DNA from: Eledone cirrhosa | Taxonomy: Eukaryota | Reading direction: 5' to 3' | DNA: 64,000 nt | NCBI GenBank assembly: GCA_964016885.1 | Contig: OZ024741.1 | Location: 241,552,001 to 241,616,000 of the forward strand | Part shown: positions 1 through 14,270 of the stretch, piece after piece | Layout: every line of letters begins with the position of its first letter | Position numbering within the stretch: the stretch's first letter is position 1 | Notes under the pieces: model-generated | Told to the model about the DNA's origin: nothing | The model's input: the letters and a program-made list of their open reading frames with translations, nothing else | Databases searched by the model: none | Program-made: the position numbers and the translations under genes

Positions 1-202
1 CTGTTCATACAGTTTCAAATTTAAGCAATTGCCTTTGTTTTACTCCACTGCACTACACTAACCATGCTTTGTTACATCGTTCACATGTGTATGTAGTGTA
101 GGGTGAAATCATGCTTGTATGTCACTCTCGCTCTGTATGTATAAACACACACACACACACATGACTGTTCATACATATAGATACATACACACACATAATG
201 GT

Positions 203-413
203 TTCTTATTTAGGCACAAGGCCAACAATTTTGAGGTTAAGGAAAATCTATTTAAATTAACCTCAGTAGTTGACTGGTACTTTATTTTATTGATCCAAGA
301 AGGATGAAAAGTAAAGTTGACACAAGTGGGATTGGAACTCGGAATGTAAAGAGTCAGAATAGACACTTCAAAGCTTTTGTCTGACATTTTAATGATTCTG
401 CCAATCCACCACT
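203..413 (-). mobile_element. tRNA-derived SINE (family 1)
   Basis: Minus strand starts GGTGGATTGGCAGAATC (A-box-like), then GAGTTCCAATCCC (B-box-like), then AATAAAATAAAGTACCAGT core; same family at 18064-18140 and 28183-28750. Confidence 0.75.
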
Positions 414-639
414 CTAAACCAGCGAAATGAGAACTTTTATATATTACTAAACTCTTCCAAATTCTTGATTATTTAAAAAATTATTTCAAAATTATAAACA
501 ATGTCTTCCATCAAAAATATGGTAACAAGAGGGTTACATATATTTTCATCAGATTAATGGCTAGAAATGCAGATGTATAAAATAATGGACTAAAATAATC
601 AGGAAGCTGACTAGAATACCCACCTACTTATATATATAT

Positions 640-1620
640 ACTTAGCTTTTGTTGAACTAGAGGAGGCCTTTCATAGGGTACCCCGATCCATCATGTGGTG
701 GTCCCTAAGGAAACTAGGTGTAGAGGAATGGCTTGTGAGGACAGTGCAAGCTATGTACAGAGGTGCTGTCAGTAAAGTGAGAGTAGGAATGGAGTTTAGT
801 GAGGAATTCCAGATACAAGTAGGAGTACATCAGGGTTCGTTCCTCAGCCCCCTCTTGTTCAGTATAGTCCTCGAAGCCATAACAGAGGAGTTTAGAACTG
901 GCTGTCCATGGGAACTTCGCTATGCTGATGATCTGGTTCTTATAGCAGAATCAGTAGAGGAGCTAGAGAATAAATTCTGGCTATGAAAAGAGCAGTTACA
1001 ATCAAGAGGACTGAGAGTGAACCTAGCTAAGACAAAAGTGTTGATGAGTAGAAAAGAGGACAAAACTCTGATTCCGTCAGGGAAATGGCCATGTTCGATA
1101 TGTAGAAAAGGAACTGGCATAAATTCTATAAAATGTACGCAATGCAGATCTTGGGTACACATCTTGGGATAGCAGGCAAACTAACTGGTAAGGAAAACAT
1201 ATGCAGTAGATGTACAGGGAAACTTCACAGTAGTAATCGCATTGATAGACATATTTTTCAAATGCAGGTGGGTTCTATAGAAGTGGTTGATAGCTTCCGG
1301 TACCTAGGTGATCAGATTAGCATTGGAGGGGTGTGTTCCGAGGCCATAGTATCTAGAATAAGGACGGGTTGGAAGAAGTTTAGGGAGCTGCTTCCTCTGT
1401 TGACAAAGAAGGGTTTCTCCCTGCATACGAAAGGTCGGTTATATGATGCCTGTGTGAGATGCGCGATCCTGCATGGTAGTGAGACATGGGCAGCAACTGC
1501 AGAGGATATGCGACAGCTGGAGAGAAATGAACCAAGCATGCTCCGTTGGATGTGCAATGTCAATATGTGTGAACCACCAAGCATAGATGAGTTGAGAGAG
1601 AAACTGGGTATAAGAGGGAT
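640..1620 (+). mobile_element. RTE-clade LINE fragment, reverse transcriptase region, disrupted
   Basis: ORFs 693-986 (GVHQGSFLSPLLF, YADDLVL) and 1133-1663 (FRYLGD, LHGSETW); stop and frameshift between them. Confidence 0.93.
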
Positions 1621-1654
1621 ATTTATTATGTATATATATGTATTTATTAAAATA

Positions 1655-1730
1655 ACAGATTAAAGTTTAAGCAAAGAATTGCTGCCTTCACCCTTAACGG
1701 AATCTTCTGAAACTAAAAAAGTCAATCTGT
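1655..1730 (-). ncRNA. Type-I hammerhead-like ribozyme, variant core CAGAAGA (family F, copy 1)
   Basis: ACAGATTGA..AGTTT-CAGAAGA-TTCC GTTAA GGGT-GAAG-GCAG..TTGC-TT-AAACT TTAATCTGT; homologous to 55200-55275; truncated copy at 2422-2469. Confidence 0.55.
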
Positions 1731-2589
1731 GAACGCAGAAGTAAATATTTCAAAAAACGTTGCAACCAAAGGAAGACAGGAAGACGATACTTTAGTTCGT
1801 GGAAACGTTCCTGGCAAAGAACGGAAAAAAACGAAGATAATACGTTATTATTTGGTGCGGTGAAAACAATTACACGCAAAGACAAAACCACGTTTATGTT
1901 ATAAATGAAGTGATAGACTAATATTCTATTTAGGAAACTGAATGATTCTCGGCTTCAGAGTTAAGAATAAAGTAAATAAAATACAGAGGTAATTGAAATT
2001 AAATATATACATACATGCATCCATATACGTACATACACAAACATACGCGAAAACACTCGCACGTACAAAAAAAACAAAAGAAAAACAACACACACGCACG
2101 TACAGAACCCACGCAATGTCTGTACCCACACACATATGAACGTATACACCAAATACACATAAAAATATATATAAAAACATATATATATATACATGTGTGT
2201 GTGCGTGTATACATAATTAAATAAACATATATAATTATACACACATAAATACGTATATAACGCGCGCCCACACATACCCACATGTAAATACACATATGTT
2301 CGCGGACGTATGTCAACCGAAACACAAAGTACACATATACACACACCCTACATATGTACGAACCAGATGCAAATGCACATGTACCGGTATATAATATATA
2401 CGCCAATATATTATTAAAATAACAGATTAAAGTTTAAGCAAAGAATCACTGCTTTCAACGGGATCTTCTCCATATCGAGCTCTTTGGATTTTAGTCTTCA
2501 CATTTATTATTATTACTATATATTATATATATATATTATATTATATATATATATTATATATATATATTATATATATATATTATATCATT

Positions 2590-2908
2590 CATTTCATTTT
2601 ACGTCCGCTTTTCCCTGCTTGCAAGGGTGGGACGGGAACTGATCTTGGCTTGATTTCTACAGCTGGATGCCCTTCCTAACACCAACCTCATTTACAGTGA
2701 GTGCTGGGTGCTTTTTTGGCACCACCACGACCACTTTGCAGTGGAATGATAAGGACCTCAGTCCCATTTCTACAGCTGAGTAAACTGGAGCAATGTGAAA
2801 TAAAGTGTCTTGCTCAAGGAAACAACACATCACCCGGTCTGAGAATTGATCTCACAACCTTTCGATTGCAAGGCCAATGCTCTAACCACTAAGCCATGTG
2901 CCTCCACA
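2590..2908 (-). mobile_element. SINE (family 2): tRNA-like head, core and RTE-derived 3' tail
   Basis: Head GGAGGCACATGGCTTAGTGGTTAGAGC; tail GTTGGTGTTAGGAAGGGCATCCAGCTGTAGAAA shared with RTE 3' ends; plus-strand copy at 31478-31740. Confidence 0.8.
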
Positions 2909-2939
2909 TATATATTATATATATATATTATATATATAT

Positions 2940-3337
2940 GCAGAAGTTATATTTAATTTGTTGGGATTCCAACAAACTTAAAAGTTTATAACTGATATAG
3001 AGCACTCAACAGAATTCTGGAGTAAATATTCAATATATTAATAAATGGAAACTATATTTATAAAACCATAATTATTTTATTATATATATTTAAGGGCAAC
3101 CAAGGCCATCTTGTTGCGCTTTCATCAGATAAAATACAAAATTTGTTTTATAAATAGTGACATAACCAGCGAATTTTCAACCGTCAAGGTTGTTTTCCAC
3201 GGTTATGTCACTATTTATAAAACAAATTTTGTATTTTATCTGATGAAAGCACACCAAGATGGCCTTGGTTGCCCTTAAATATATATAATAAAATAATTAT
3301 GGTTTTATAAATATAGTTTCCATTTATTAATATATTG
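2940..3337. mobile_element. Penelope-like pLTR fold-back (family A, copy 1) in (TA)n, with a hammerhead in each arm lacking the G of GAAA
   Basis: Inverted arms about 3031-3168 and 3201-3337; TATTTTAT-CTGATGA-AAG..CTT-AAA-TATATA-TA-ATAAAATA; unpaired tail 2940-3030. Confidence 0.75.
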
Positions 3338-3699
3338 TATATTATATATATATATTATATATATATTATATATATATCATATATATATATCATATATATA
3401 TAAATTATATATATATTATATATATGATATATATATATTATATATATATTATATATATATATCATATATATATCATATATATATCATATATATATATATC
3501 ATATATATATATATTATATATAGTTTCATATGAGGATAATGTTTACCTGTGTTTAACTTTAAGGTAATATTTAAAATGTTGACTCTACTGTTATCATTAC
3601 TAAGTTATTTTAAAAATAGTCTCTTTAAATGCATTAAGGTCTATTTTTATATATGTACGTATGTGTGTGTATATGTATGTTATGTCAAGTCACTTTTTA

Positions 3700-4200
3700 G
3701 TGCTTCTGGCAACAGGTAATCCAGTACAACCTGTGCATGTTTGAGTCGTAAGGAGGGTAAATTTGGACACCCTGCAAGATGAAAAACAAAACCTGCCAAA
3801 GGGCTGAGGAACTAAGGAGAGCCAGCGGCTATCCAATAAAGTTTTGTTTTGTTTTGTTTTTGGAGCGAAGGACCCCTAGTCTTCATTAAGATACCTCTCT
3901 AGGAGAAGGTCACTCTGGTATATAACCTGCGACTTCATTTGCATCCAATGATGTAGACCAGTTCTTCTTTTGGGGCAAATGCATTCAATGTTCAAAGAAT
4001 GGGATTGGCCTTATACAAAGCCTTTCCTCACTTATAAATCTTCAAGTACAGGCATTGCTTGACATCTGACATTTTATGGGAATGCATGGTATTGCTTGCC
4101 ACAGGCAAGTCCTTAGCAGGACTAAAAAGCCACGACTGCGATGCTCATGTTTAAGTGTCAAACAATGGCATTACTCAAAATCGAGTTGCAGCCATTATCA
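3700..4200 (+). mobile_element. Internally deleted non-autonomous RTE-like element (5' UTR joined to 3' end)
   Basis: 5' part matches the reverse complement of 21850-22110; 3' part encodes KSLAGLKSH and ends GAGTTGCAGCCAT like 19124-19373. Confidence 0.65.
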
Positions 4201-5391
4201 TGTGTGTGTGTATGTATGTTCTTCTGGTTTTATTATTTTATAAATTTTTACAAATAGAGAGAAAGATGCTTTCTATCATAGAGACAGGACTCTTTCACTG
4301 AAATTTAGACAACATTAGCTTCGTAAATACATATGTATATCTGTATGTGTTTATGTATGTCTGTATGTTTGTGTGTGTATGTATGCAGGTATGGATATTA
4401 TTGCATTTGTGGATTTGTACGTTTTGAGTTATATGTGTACATGTGCATATATTTCTGTATCTAAACATGAGTATATGCAGTTATTACATGCTGAATTTCT
4501 GAAATGTTTTACATATTTTTACAGTTCTCTTAATAGACTGTGTACTTGCAGCTCCCGAACTAGCCATGCCCTTTCTGAGTGCATGCATATATGAATGAAT
4601 GAATGTTCTGAATTTATTAAAAAATGTTTCACCAATAGAGAGAGTGAGTAAGCCAGTTTCTAATACAGAAACAAGACTATTCCTTTGAATTTAGACATGA
4701 ACTATTTGTATCTCTATATCTATTTGCAGATCTGTGTTTTGAGTTATGTGTGCATATACATATTTGTATATCTATATGTATACATTAGCATTTATTATAT
4801 GTGAAGCATCTGGAATGCATGCACGTTTGTATGCATGTATATATATGTATATATGTGCATACGTATGTATGTGTGTACATGCATGTATGTGTATGCATGT
4901 GTGTAAACATGTATGTGCATATGTATGTATGCATGTAATGTTTGCATGTATGCATGTCTATATGTGTATGTATGTATGTCTATATACGTGCATGTACATA
5001 GGTATGCCTTGTTTTCTTCTTAATCATTTGAAATCTTTCTGTAAGGAAGGAGCTGGTTACTAACAAAGAAGCAAAGTTCCATCATTGGAATCTGGTGAGT
5101 GTCATATGTTGAACATTAGAAAAGTCCAGCATATTTTTACTGTTTCACTTATAGATTGTATTTATACGATGCCTGCTACTTGATAAATTCCTTTGTCTGA
5201 AAACAATTTCTAAACTGGCACAAGCATTTGCTAACATAACAAAAGTGTCTTCTTTTAAATCCCATTCTCATTACTGAGGATCAGGGACCAGGACAATTGC
5301 ATCAATGCTCTCCTCTCACTCTTCTCCCTTGCCATGAACAGGCACACTCTGTGTGCGTGTGCATGTGTGTGTGTGTGTGTGTGTGTAAATG

Positions 5392-5424
<33 letters not shown>

Positions 5425-5578
5425 CATATTTGTCAATAAGTCACATCTTTTCTGGGGAAAAAAAAATTGTGTAAAAAAACAAATTGTGGTTTGTGTATGG
5501 CATTGGTTTTTACATGAGTATATTCAGTATGTATGTATGTTTGTATGTATGTATTTATGCTTGTATGTATGTATATAC

Positions 5579-5619
<41 letters not shown>

Positions 5620-6123
5620 AGCATACACATGTGTGCGTATGTGTGTGTGCTGCAATGTCACTCACTCTCATATATAGATATATACACACATATACATTGT
5701 TGTTGTTGTAGTGTTTGTTGTATAGAAGAAATATAAATGAGGTGATGTGAGCCAGGTTTTATAATGAAGTCATCAACCCCCACCAAACACTGTTCCTAGT
5801 TTCCAACACCTTCAATGAGGAGATTTCGGAAAGCCTCATCTGTAGAGCTCTCTATTTGGCACAACTTCATAGTGATACACTATCTTCATCATCATCATCA
5901 TCATCATCATTTCATTTTATGTCCACTTTTCCCTGCTCGCAAGGGTGGGACCATCATCTCTACTAATTGCTATACAGTAAATCTTATAGAGTATATTTCA
6001 GTATATTAACCAGAGGTGAACTAGTAAAGACCTCCAGCCAATATACAATATACTAAGACAGACAAACAGACAGACTGACTATTTGGAAAGACATCGAAAG
6101 TTATCAGATTCAACCCTAAACAC

Positions 6124-6177
<54 letters not shown>

Positions 6178-6208
6178 TCACTTTCCCTGCTTGCATGGAT
6201 TGGACACA

Positions 6209-6920
<712 letters not shown>

Positions 6921-7324
6921 ATACTAGAGATCAAAATTGGTAAAGTTATGCCAAGAAATTTTCAAGCTCAATGTGTTTTTATAATCTGGAAATAGAATGA
7001 ACTGATTGAACCAATTCAACCATGATGTAATCCATTGGGTAAATTAATTCAGGATATTGCATGAGGAGAAGAGAAAATTTGACAATGTAACATCTTTGCA
7101 TTTCATTTCTGGAAACACACACAAAACAAATAAATTCCTTCTGAATTCTCAGATTTATCCATCCATCTATCTATCTATCTATCTATATATATATAACTTT
7201 TAAATTCCATCTGTGATAACATTTTACACGTTTTTATTGTATGTAAACTTCCCCCTTTGTATTTGTCCCCTTCTTTTGTGCCCCTGTGGCTAATAAAGAA
7301 ATCTATCTATCTATATATATATAA

Positions 7325-7565
7325 CGAAGGAAATGTGGTAAGGAACCAGATGGACCATAACGCACCAAAGTACTCAATACTTAGGGTAGTAGAGTGCGTA
7401 ATAGGAACGATTAGGACCCCGACGGCTGAGCTCAAGCCGTTTCAACAGCTAATTCTTGATTAAATACATAGGAGTCGATCGACTTTCGTCAAATCGGACC
7501 GAGGGAACAATGTTTCCGTTGGTCTTTCCAATTGCTAATACTATCTATCGGTCGCAACTCCAGGT
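7325..7565 (-). mobile_element. PLE-like pLTR fragment with two hammerhead 3' halves and a bulged hairpin
   Basis: GAAA-GTCGATCGAC-TC and GAAA-CGGCT..AGCCG-TC-GGG; no intact CUGANGA seen; related fragment at 13765-13885. Confidence 0.45.
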
Positions 7566-7569
7566 AGAA

Positions 7570-7690
7570 GGAGCAACGTGAAATAAAGTGTCTTGCCCAA
7601 GGACATAACGCATCGCCTGGTCCAGGAATCGAACTCACAACCTTATGATTGTGAATCCAATTGTCTAACCACTCAGCCACACGCCTTCAC
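7570..7690 (-). mobile_element. SINE family 2 head (tRNA-derived)
   Basis: GAAGGCGTGTGGCTGAGTGGTTAGAC..GTGAGTTCGATTCC. Confidence 0.75.
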
Positions 7691-7699
7691 AATTAAATA

Positions 7700-7894
7700 C
7701 ATATATATGATATATATATATACACACATATATCAATATACACACCCAAACGAATATATGTATATTTATATATATATATATATGTGTGTGTGAGTGTGTG
7801 CATGTGTGTGTGTATGTATATATATATATGTGTGTGTGTGTGTATATATATATATGTATATATATATATGTGTGTGTGTGTATATATATATGTG

Positions 7895-7934
<40 letters not shown>

Positions 7935-8166
7935 TGTATATATATGTATATATATATGTGTATATCATCATCATCATCATCATCATCATATATATATATA
8001 TATGTATGTATATATATATGTATATGTATATATATGTGTATATATATATGTGTGTATATATGTATATATATGTGTATATATATGTCTATATATGTGTATA
8101 TATATATATGTCTATATATGTGCATATATTTCTATATAAGTGTATATATATGTATATATATATGTG

Positions 8167-8197
<31 letters not shown>

Positions 8198-8310
8198 GTT
8201 TATATATATCTATATATATATTATGTTTATATATATCTCTATATATATATGTATATATATATATATATATATATGTTTATATATATGTGTATATATATAT
8301 GTGTATAAAT
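7700..8310. repeat. (TA)/(TG) microsatellite
   Basis: Direct inspection. Confidence 0.95.
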
Positions 8311-8311
8311 T

Positions 8312-9345
8312 ATCATCATCATCTTCGTTTAACGTCCATCTTCCACACTAGCATGGGTTAGACGGGAGTTGTCCCAATTTGAGGCAAGGTTGGTCGGGTG
8401 ACCATGTCTCGCTCATATAGGAGTATCTGGCAGGTTTTCTACGGCTGGATGCTCTTCCTAACACCAACTACATTTACAGTGTGGAACTGGGAGGTTTTTA
8501 CCGTGTTACTTACACGGCCACATTACAGCGTGGACTGTGTTTTTTTCTTTCGTGACACCTACACGACCTCATTTATTTCGGACTGGATGTTGTGGTACCA
8601 GCATGACATTACATCGAAAGGGGTGGTGTAGATGGGGTGGGGGTGTTGGGACAGAGGTGTATTTTTGTTAGAGGTGCCTACTGACTGTAGGTTTCGCTTT
8701 GTACTTAGGCAAGGCGGGTCTTCTGTATTACTGTATAGCGCCAAAGATCTCGGTCCAGTGACATTGTCTTGGAGAGGTGCAAGTGTGTGAGGTCGGAATT
8801 TATCAAGTCGTCCCAGGTTTTTCTGGGTCTGCCTACTCCATGGCTACCATCTATTTTTATCGCCCTGCACTTTTTTATACAGCTGTCGTCTTCTCTTGAG
8901 TAAACAACATCTGATCCCTCTTATTCCTAATTGCTCCCTTAGTTCGTTTATGCTTTGCCATTCACGTATATTACTATTACACATCCAGCGGAGCATGCAA
9001 GCTTCGATCCTCTCTAGTCTGCGTATATCCTCTGCACACAATGCCCAGGTCTCACTGCCATGCAACATTGCTGTTCGTATGCAGGCATCATACAGCCTGC
9101 CTTTCATTTTTAGGGAGAACCCTTTAGCGGCTAATAGTAATATAAGCTCTCTGAACTTTTTCCATCCGTTCTGACTCTAGCTACCCTCCCCCACTGCTGA
9201 TTTTGTCACCCAGGTAACGGAACGTGTCCACTATTTCTATAAAACCATCTGTGCAATGGAATGAGCTAGTATTTGTGGGCACTTGCTGCTACTTATTGCT
9301 CCTGAACACCGGCCACATATAAAATCTATATTCTTAGTTAATCTA
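8312..9345 (-). mobile_element. 5'-truncated RTE LINE with internal deletions and (GAT)n tail
   Basis: ORF 8844-9107 (KGRLYDAC..LHGSETW); close to 9412-12263. Confidence 0.92.
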
Positions 9346-9376
9346 TATTCTTAGTATAGATATATATATATGTGTG

Positions 9377-9409
<33 letters not shown>

Positions 9410-9411
9410 AT

Positions 9412-12263
9412 ATCATCATCATCATCATCATCAACGTTTAATGTCCGTGTTCCACGCTTGCATGGGTTTGGACGGGGGTTTTCCCACTTGAGGCAAGAGT
9501 GATTGTCTTGCTCGCGTAGGACTGTCTGGCAGGTTTTCTACAATTGGATGCCCTTCCTAACACCAACCACATTTACAGTGTGGGTCTGGGAGGTTTTTAC
9601 CGTGTTGCCTACACGGCCACATTACAGCGTGGACTGTGTGTTTTTTGTCGTGACACCTACACGATCTCATTTGTTTCGGCCTGGATGGTGTGGCACCAAC
9701 ATAACTTTACATAGAAGGGGGCGGTGTGGATGGGGTGGGGGTTGTGCGACGGGGGTGTATTTTGTTAGAGATGCCTACTGACTGTAGTAGGTTTTACCTT
9801 GTATTTAGGTAAGGCGGGTCTTCTCTATTACTGAGTACCGCCAAAGGTCTCGGTCCAGTGACATTGTCTTGGTGAGGTGTAAGTGTGTGAGGGCGGAGTT
9901 TATCAGCTCGTCCCAGGTTTTTCTGGGTCTGCCTATTCCGTGGCTACCGTCTATCTTTATTGCCCTGCACTTTGTTATACAGCTATCGTCCTTCATGCGC
10001 ATCACGTGACCATACCAACATAGCCTTCTCTCTAGTAAACAACATCTGATCCCTCTTATTTCTAATTTTTTCCTTAGTTCGTTTATGCTTTGTCGTTCAC
10101 GTATATTACTATTACACATCCAGCGGAGCATGCAAGCTTCGTTTCTCTCTAGTCTGCGTATATCCTCTGCACACAATGCCCAGGTCTCACTGCCATGCAA
10201 CATTGCTGTTCGTATGCAGGCATCGTACAGCCTGCCTTTCATTTTTAGGGAGAACCCTTTAGCGGCTAATAGTGGTATAAGCTCTCTGAACTTTTTCCAC
10301 CCAGTTCTGACTCTAGCTACTGTACTTTCAGAGCACCTTCCCCCACTGCTGATTTTGTCACCCAGGTAACGGAAGCTGTCCACTATTTCTATAGAACCCT
10401 CTGCGCAGTTGAAAGAGCTAGTATTTTGTGGGCACTTGCTGCTACTTATTGCCCCAGAACACCGGCCACATGTAAAATCTATGTTCTTAGTTAGCTTACC
10501 TGTGATCCCACTACATCTTTTATGCACCCAAACTTTGCATTTGGGACACAAAATGGAATTTCTACCTACGCCTTTCCTACACTCTGCGCATTGCCACTTC
10601 CCGGAGGGGACCGCCGCCTTATTTTCTTTCTTACAAACTAGAACTTTAGTCTTAGCCAGGTTAATTTTAAGGCCTTTTGATTCTAGGCCGTGCTTCCATG
10701 TTTGGAATTTCTTCTCTAGCTCGGCCATTGATTCAGCTATGAGCGTTAGATCATCTGCGTATAGGAGTTCCCATGGGCAGCCGGTCTTGAACTCCACTGT
10801 TATAGCCTCGAGGGCAATAATAAATAGTAGGGGCTAAGAACAGAGCCTTGATGAACACCAACTTTTACACTAAACTCTTCACTATATTCGTTGTTAATTC
10901 TAACCTTGCTGACTGTTTCTTTATACATGGCTTGTATAGCTCTCACAAGCCATTCATCAACACCTAGTTTTCTAAGAGCCCACCAGATAATGGAACGGGG
11001 GACTCTGTCGAAGGCCTTCTCCAAGTCGACGAAAGCTAAGTATAGGGGTTTACTTTTAGCTAGGTAATTCTCCTGTAGTTGTTGTACAATGAAAAGAGCG
11101 TCTGTGGTACTTTTTCCTGACACAAACCCGAACTGCATTTCATCTAGCTCAATTTGCTCTCTGATTAGTTACGCTATTACTTTTTCCGTGACCTTCATGA
11201 CCTGGTCGATTAATTTAATGCCTCTATAGTTACTCCTATCTAGGGCATCTCCTTTACCCTTATAACAGTTAACGATAATGCTGCTACGCCAGTCCTTCGG
11301 AACAACCCCATTCTGTATGACTTGGTTGACTATCCGGGTGACCATGGTGTGTCCCACCGTACCAGATGCCTTCAGCATCTCGGCAACTATTTCCTAAGGC
11401 GCAGCCGCCTTGCCTGTCTTCATATCTTTGATTGCCTTACTTATTATACTACCCTCGACTAACACTGCTGGTCCCTCTATTGGGTCGATGTGGGGGAGAC
11501 TGTCTTTCTCCCATTTATTCTCCTCATTTAGTAGCCTTTCATAGTGACACTTCCAAGCTACCTTCTTATCGGCGTCGGTGATGGCAAGTACGCCGTCATC
11601 GTTAAGTACACACTTCTCCCCGACAATATCACTGTTTTCCTTGACACATTGCCTAGCAATCCTGAACACCTCACGTTTTTGGTCCTCACGTTGTAGAACA
11701 TGCTTGAACTTTCTTTCCTCTGCTTCCTTTCTTGCGAAGTACACTTGTCTCCTAGCTTCCCTCCTGGCCACTTGATAGTCTTCTCTGCTTCCCCCATCCC
11801 GCCATACTTTCCAAGCCTGCTTTTTGGCCTTAATTGACCCCTCCACCTTACTGTTCCACCACCATGTTACTCTCCTCCTGCCTACAGGCCTGCTGCAGCC
11901 ACAGACTTCGTCTGCCGCCGTCAGCAGGTTTGCTTTCAGGAATTCCCACTGTTCCTCTACCTTGTACGTCTCTAATTGCTCTTCCTCACTGTCGAAAGCA
12001 TCAAGTAATATGCTTTGGAATTTATTTTTGGCTGTGGGGTCCTTTAGCTTCCATATTTTTCTCCTGAGGATAGTCCTCTTCTGTTGTCTAGTACGTTTCG
12101 TCCTGACTATTAGGTCGCTAATTATCAGTCTATGTTGGGAATGGCATTCTTCATGGGGGAGGGATTTAGTGTTTACGACAGTCACTTTGTCACGTCTTCT
12201 GGTAAGGATATAATCTACCTGGCTAGTATGTTCCCCTGATCTGTAGGTGATCAAGTGATTGTC
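9412..12263 (-). mobile_element. RTE LINE, 5'-truncated; endonuclease end plus RT, frameshifted
   Basis: ORFs 11394-12341 (SQVDYIL, SQHRL), 11169-11378 (YRGIKL), 10800-11138 (QFGF, FVDLEKAFD, QGSVLSP), 9805-10797 (YADD, Cys-rich insert). Confidence 0.96.
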
Positions 12264-12295
<32 letters not shown>

Positions 12296-12399
12296 GATCC
12301 CGGGTTAAATCGGGGATAACCACAGTAAGTAAGGTACTCAATACATAGCAGAGTAAAAGTAATTTAATATACTATATTTAATATGTATATATATATATA

Positions 12400-12431
<32 letters not shown>

Positions 12432-12636
12432 CACACACATGTATGGAAATGGTCAGATGTATTGTATCTGGGAGACAGATATGGAGTTACATAACTGCTA
12501 TCACTTAGTCAGTATATCAATATTATTATGGTTCATTCAACCTTTAGAAATGACTGTAAAACAATGAACTAATTAAGCAGTAAACCTTTCTTTTTTGTTT
12601 CCATTGTTTAATCAATATATATATATATATATATAT

Positions 12637-13270
12637 ACTAGCCGAATTACCCACGCCTTGTTGCGTTTCACACATTTTTTTTGTAAGAAAATGATGATTG
12701 ATTTTAAATCAGTGATATAATTTATGGAGAAAAACTCTGCATTTCAATGTAATGCATGAAAAATTGGAAAACATTATTTTCTGTAATATATCAAATCAAA
12801 ATTACATTATTAAATCTTATTCTTATTTTGTTTCTTGTAAATAATTTTTTTCAAAATTTCAATTCAAATCTTTTGTAAATAGGCATCATATCTTATCATT
12901 TACCTATGGTTTAAATTTGATATAAATCGAAGGGAAAACATTTTCAGCATTGTTTCTTGCCCCCAGGGAACCCTAATCGGGGGTTTAACCCCCATTAGGG
13001 TGTCTTAATATTATTGAAATTTGCTGAAATTCTGTGAATAGGCATCATATCTTGTCATTTACCTATGGTTTAAATTTCATATAAATTGAAAGGAAAGTAT
13101 TTTCAGCGGGGGTTTGTGCCTCCGGGGAACCCTTTGATTAAAATGAAATATACTTATCCAAGTACCCTGGGGAATGTAGTTTCAGAATATATATGGTTAT
13201 GGGGGTATATCTCCAAAACCATAGGAGTAGTTTGTGACAAACAACCAAAGAGACAGGAACTACAACTTTA
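12637..13270 (+). mobile_element. Non-autonomous Helitron/Helentron-type (HINE/Lep1-like) element
   Basis: Starts TACTAGCCGAATTACCCACGCC, ends ACAAACAACC..CTTTATATAT; internal ~160-bp duplication (12878 and 13037); flanked by (TA)n. Confidence 0.55.
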
Positions 13271-14004
13271 TATATATATATATATTACTTCTCTAAAAAC
13301 CTAGCATTTCGAACCACTTTTTTCCATATAAAACAGAAGTAACATTCAAAGACCAACCAGATGTGAGAAAAACCACAAACCCTCCATCTCAATTCTACTT
13401 TTGAAAAGCAGAAGAACTGCGAAACTGGTAAAGGAACCAAATTAATATATATTTAAAAAAAAAAAGACTCCAGTTGCATTTTCGATTTCATCTTTTTTCC
13501 TTATACTTTTACTTGTGTAGGACACCTCGTTTTTTTTTCATTTTGTAAAAAAACCTCACTTTCTAATATTAAGTCCTGAAATATTAGGACAAAAGAAACA
13601 ACAGTAACAAAAAAAAACAAAAAAAAACAAAGCAAAGATTACCTGGTTACTTACTTTTTCATTACCTTCATCTTACAGTCTATTTTACATTGTTTAGCAT
13701 TATATCACTTTCCAAATTATATATTATATACAGTTTTAGACTAATAAGACCATGTTTAGCTAAGTACATGATATTTTGAAAAGTAGAGTGTATGTATAGT
13801 GAAAAGTCAGTGCCCGACGGCTGAGCTCATTCCGTTTCAATGGTGAGTAGATAACTTGTTGGAACAGGGTGAGCTCAGCTGGTTAAATTTTCACACACAC
13901 ACACATATCTATCTATCTCACCTCTTGTAATGTCCCATTTTTGTACACCCCTGTGGCAAATAAAGAAAGATATCTATCTCTCTCTCTCTCTATATATATA
14001 TATA

Positions 14005-14250
14005 TTATGTTGGTACCACAAAACATCCAGCCAACAATGTACAGGGGGCATGTGGGTGTCACAACAAAATGCACCTAGCACACACTGTAAATGTGGTTGG
14101 CATTAGGAAGGGCATCCAACTGTAGAAAACCAGCCAGAAACAGTCCTATATGAGCGAGACATGATCACCTAACCCAACTTGCCTCAAATGGGACAAACCC
14201 GTCTAACCCATGCTAACGTGGAAAATTGATGTTAAATGATGATGATGATA
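14005..14250 (+). mobile_element. RTE 3' end / SINE tail
   Basis: GGAAGGGCATCC..AACCCATGCTA..(GAT)n. Confidence 0.8.
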
Positions 14251-14270
14251 TATATATACACACACACATA

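Noticed and set aside
2840-2908. tRNA genes (also 7610-7690)
   Set aside because: tRNA-derived SINE heads continuous with SINE cores
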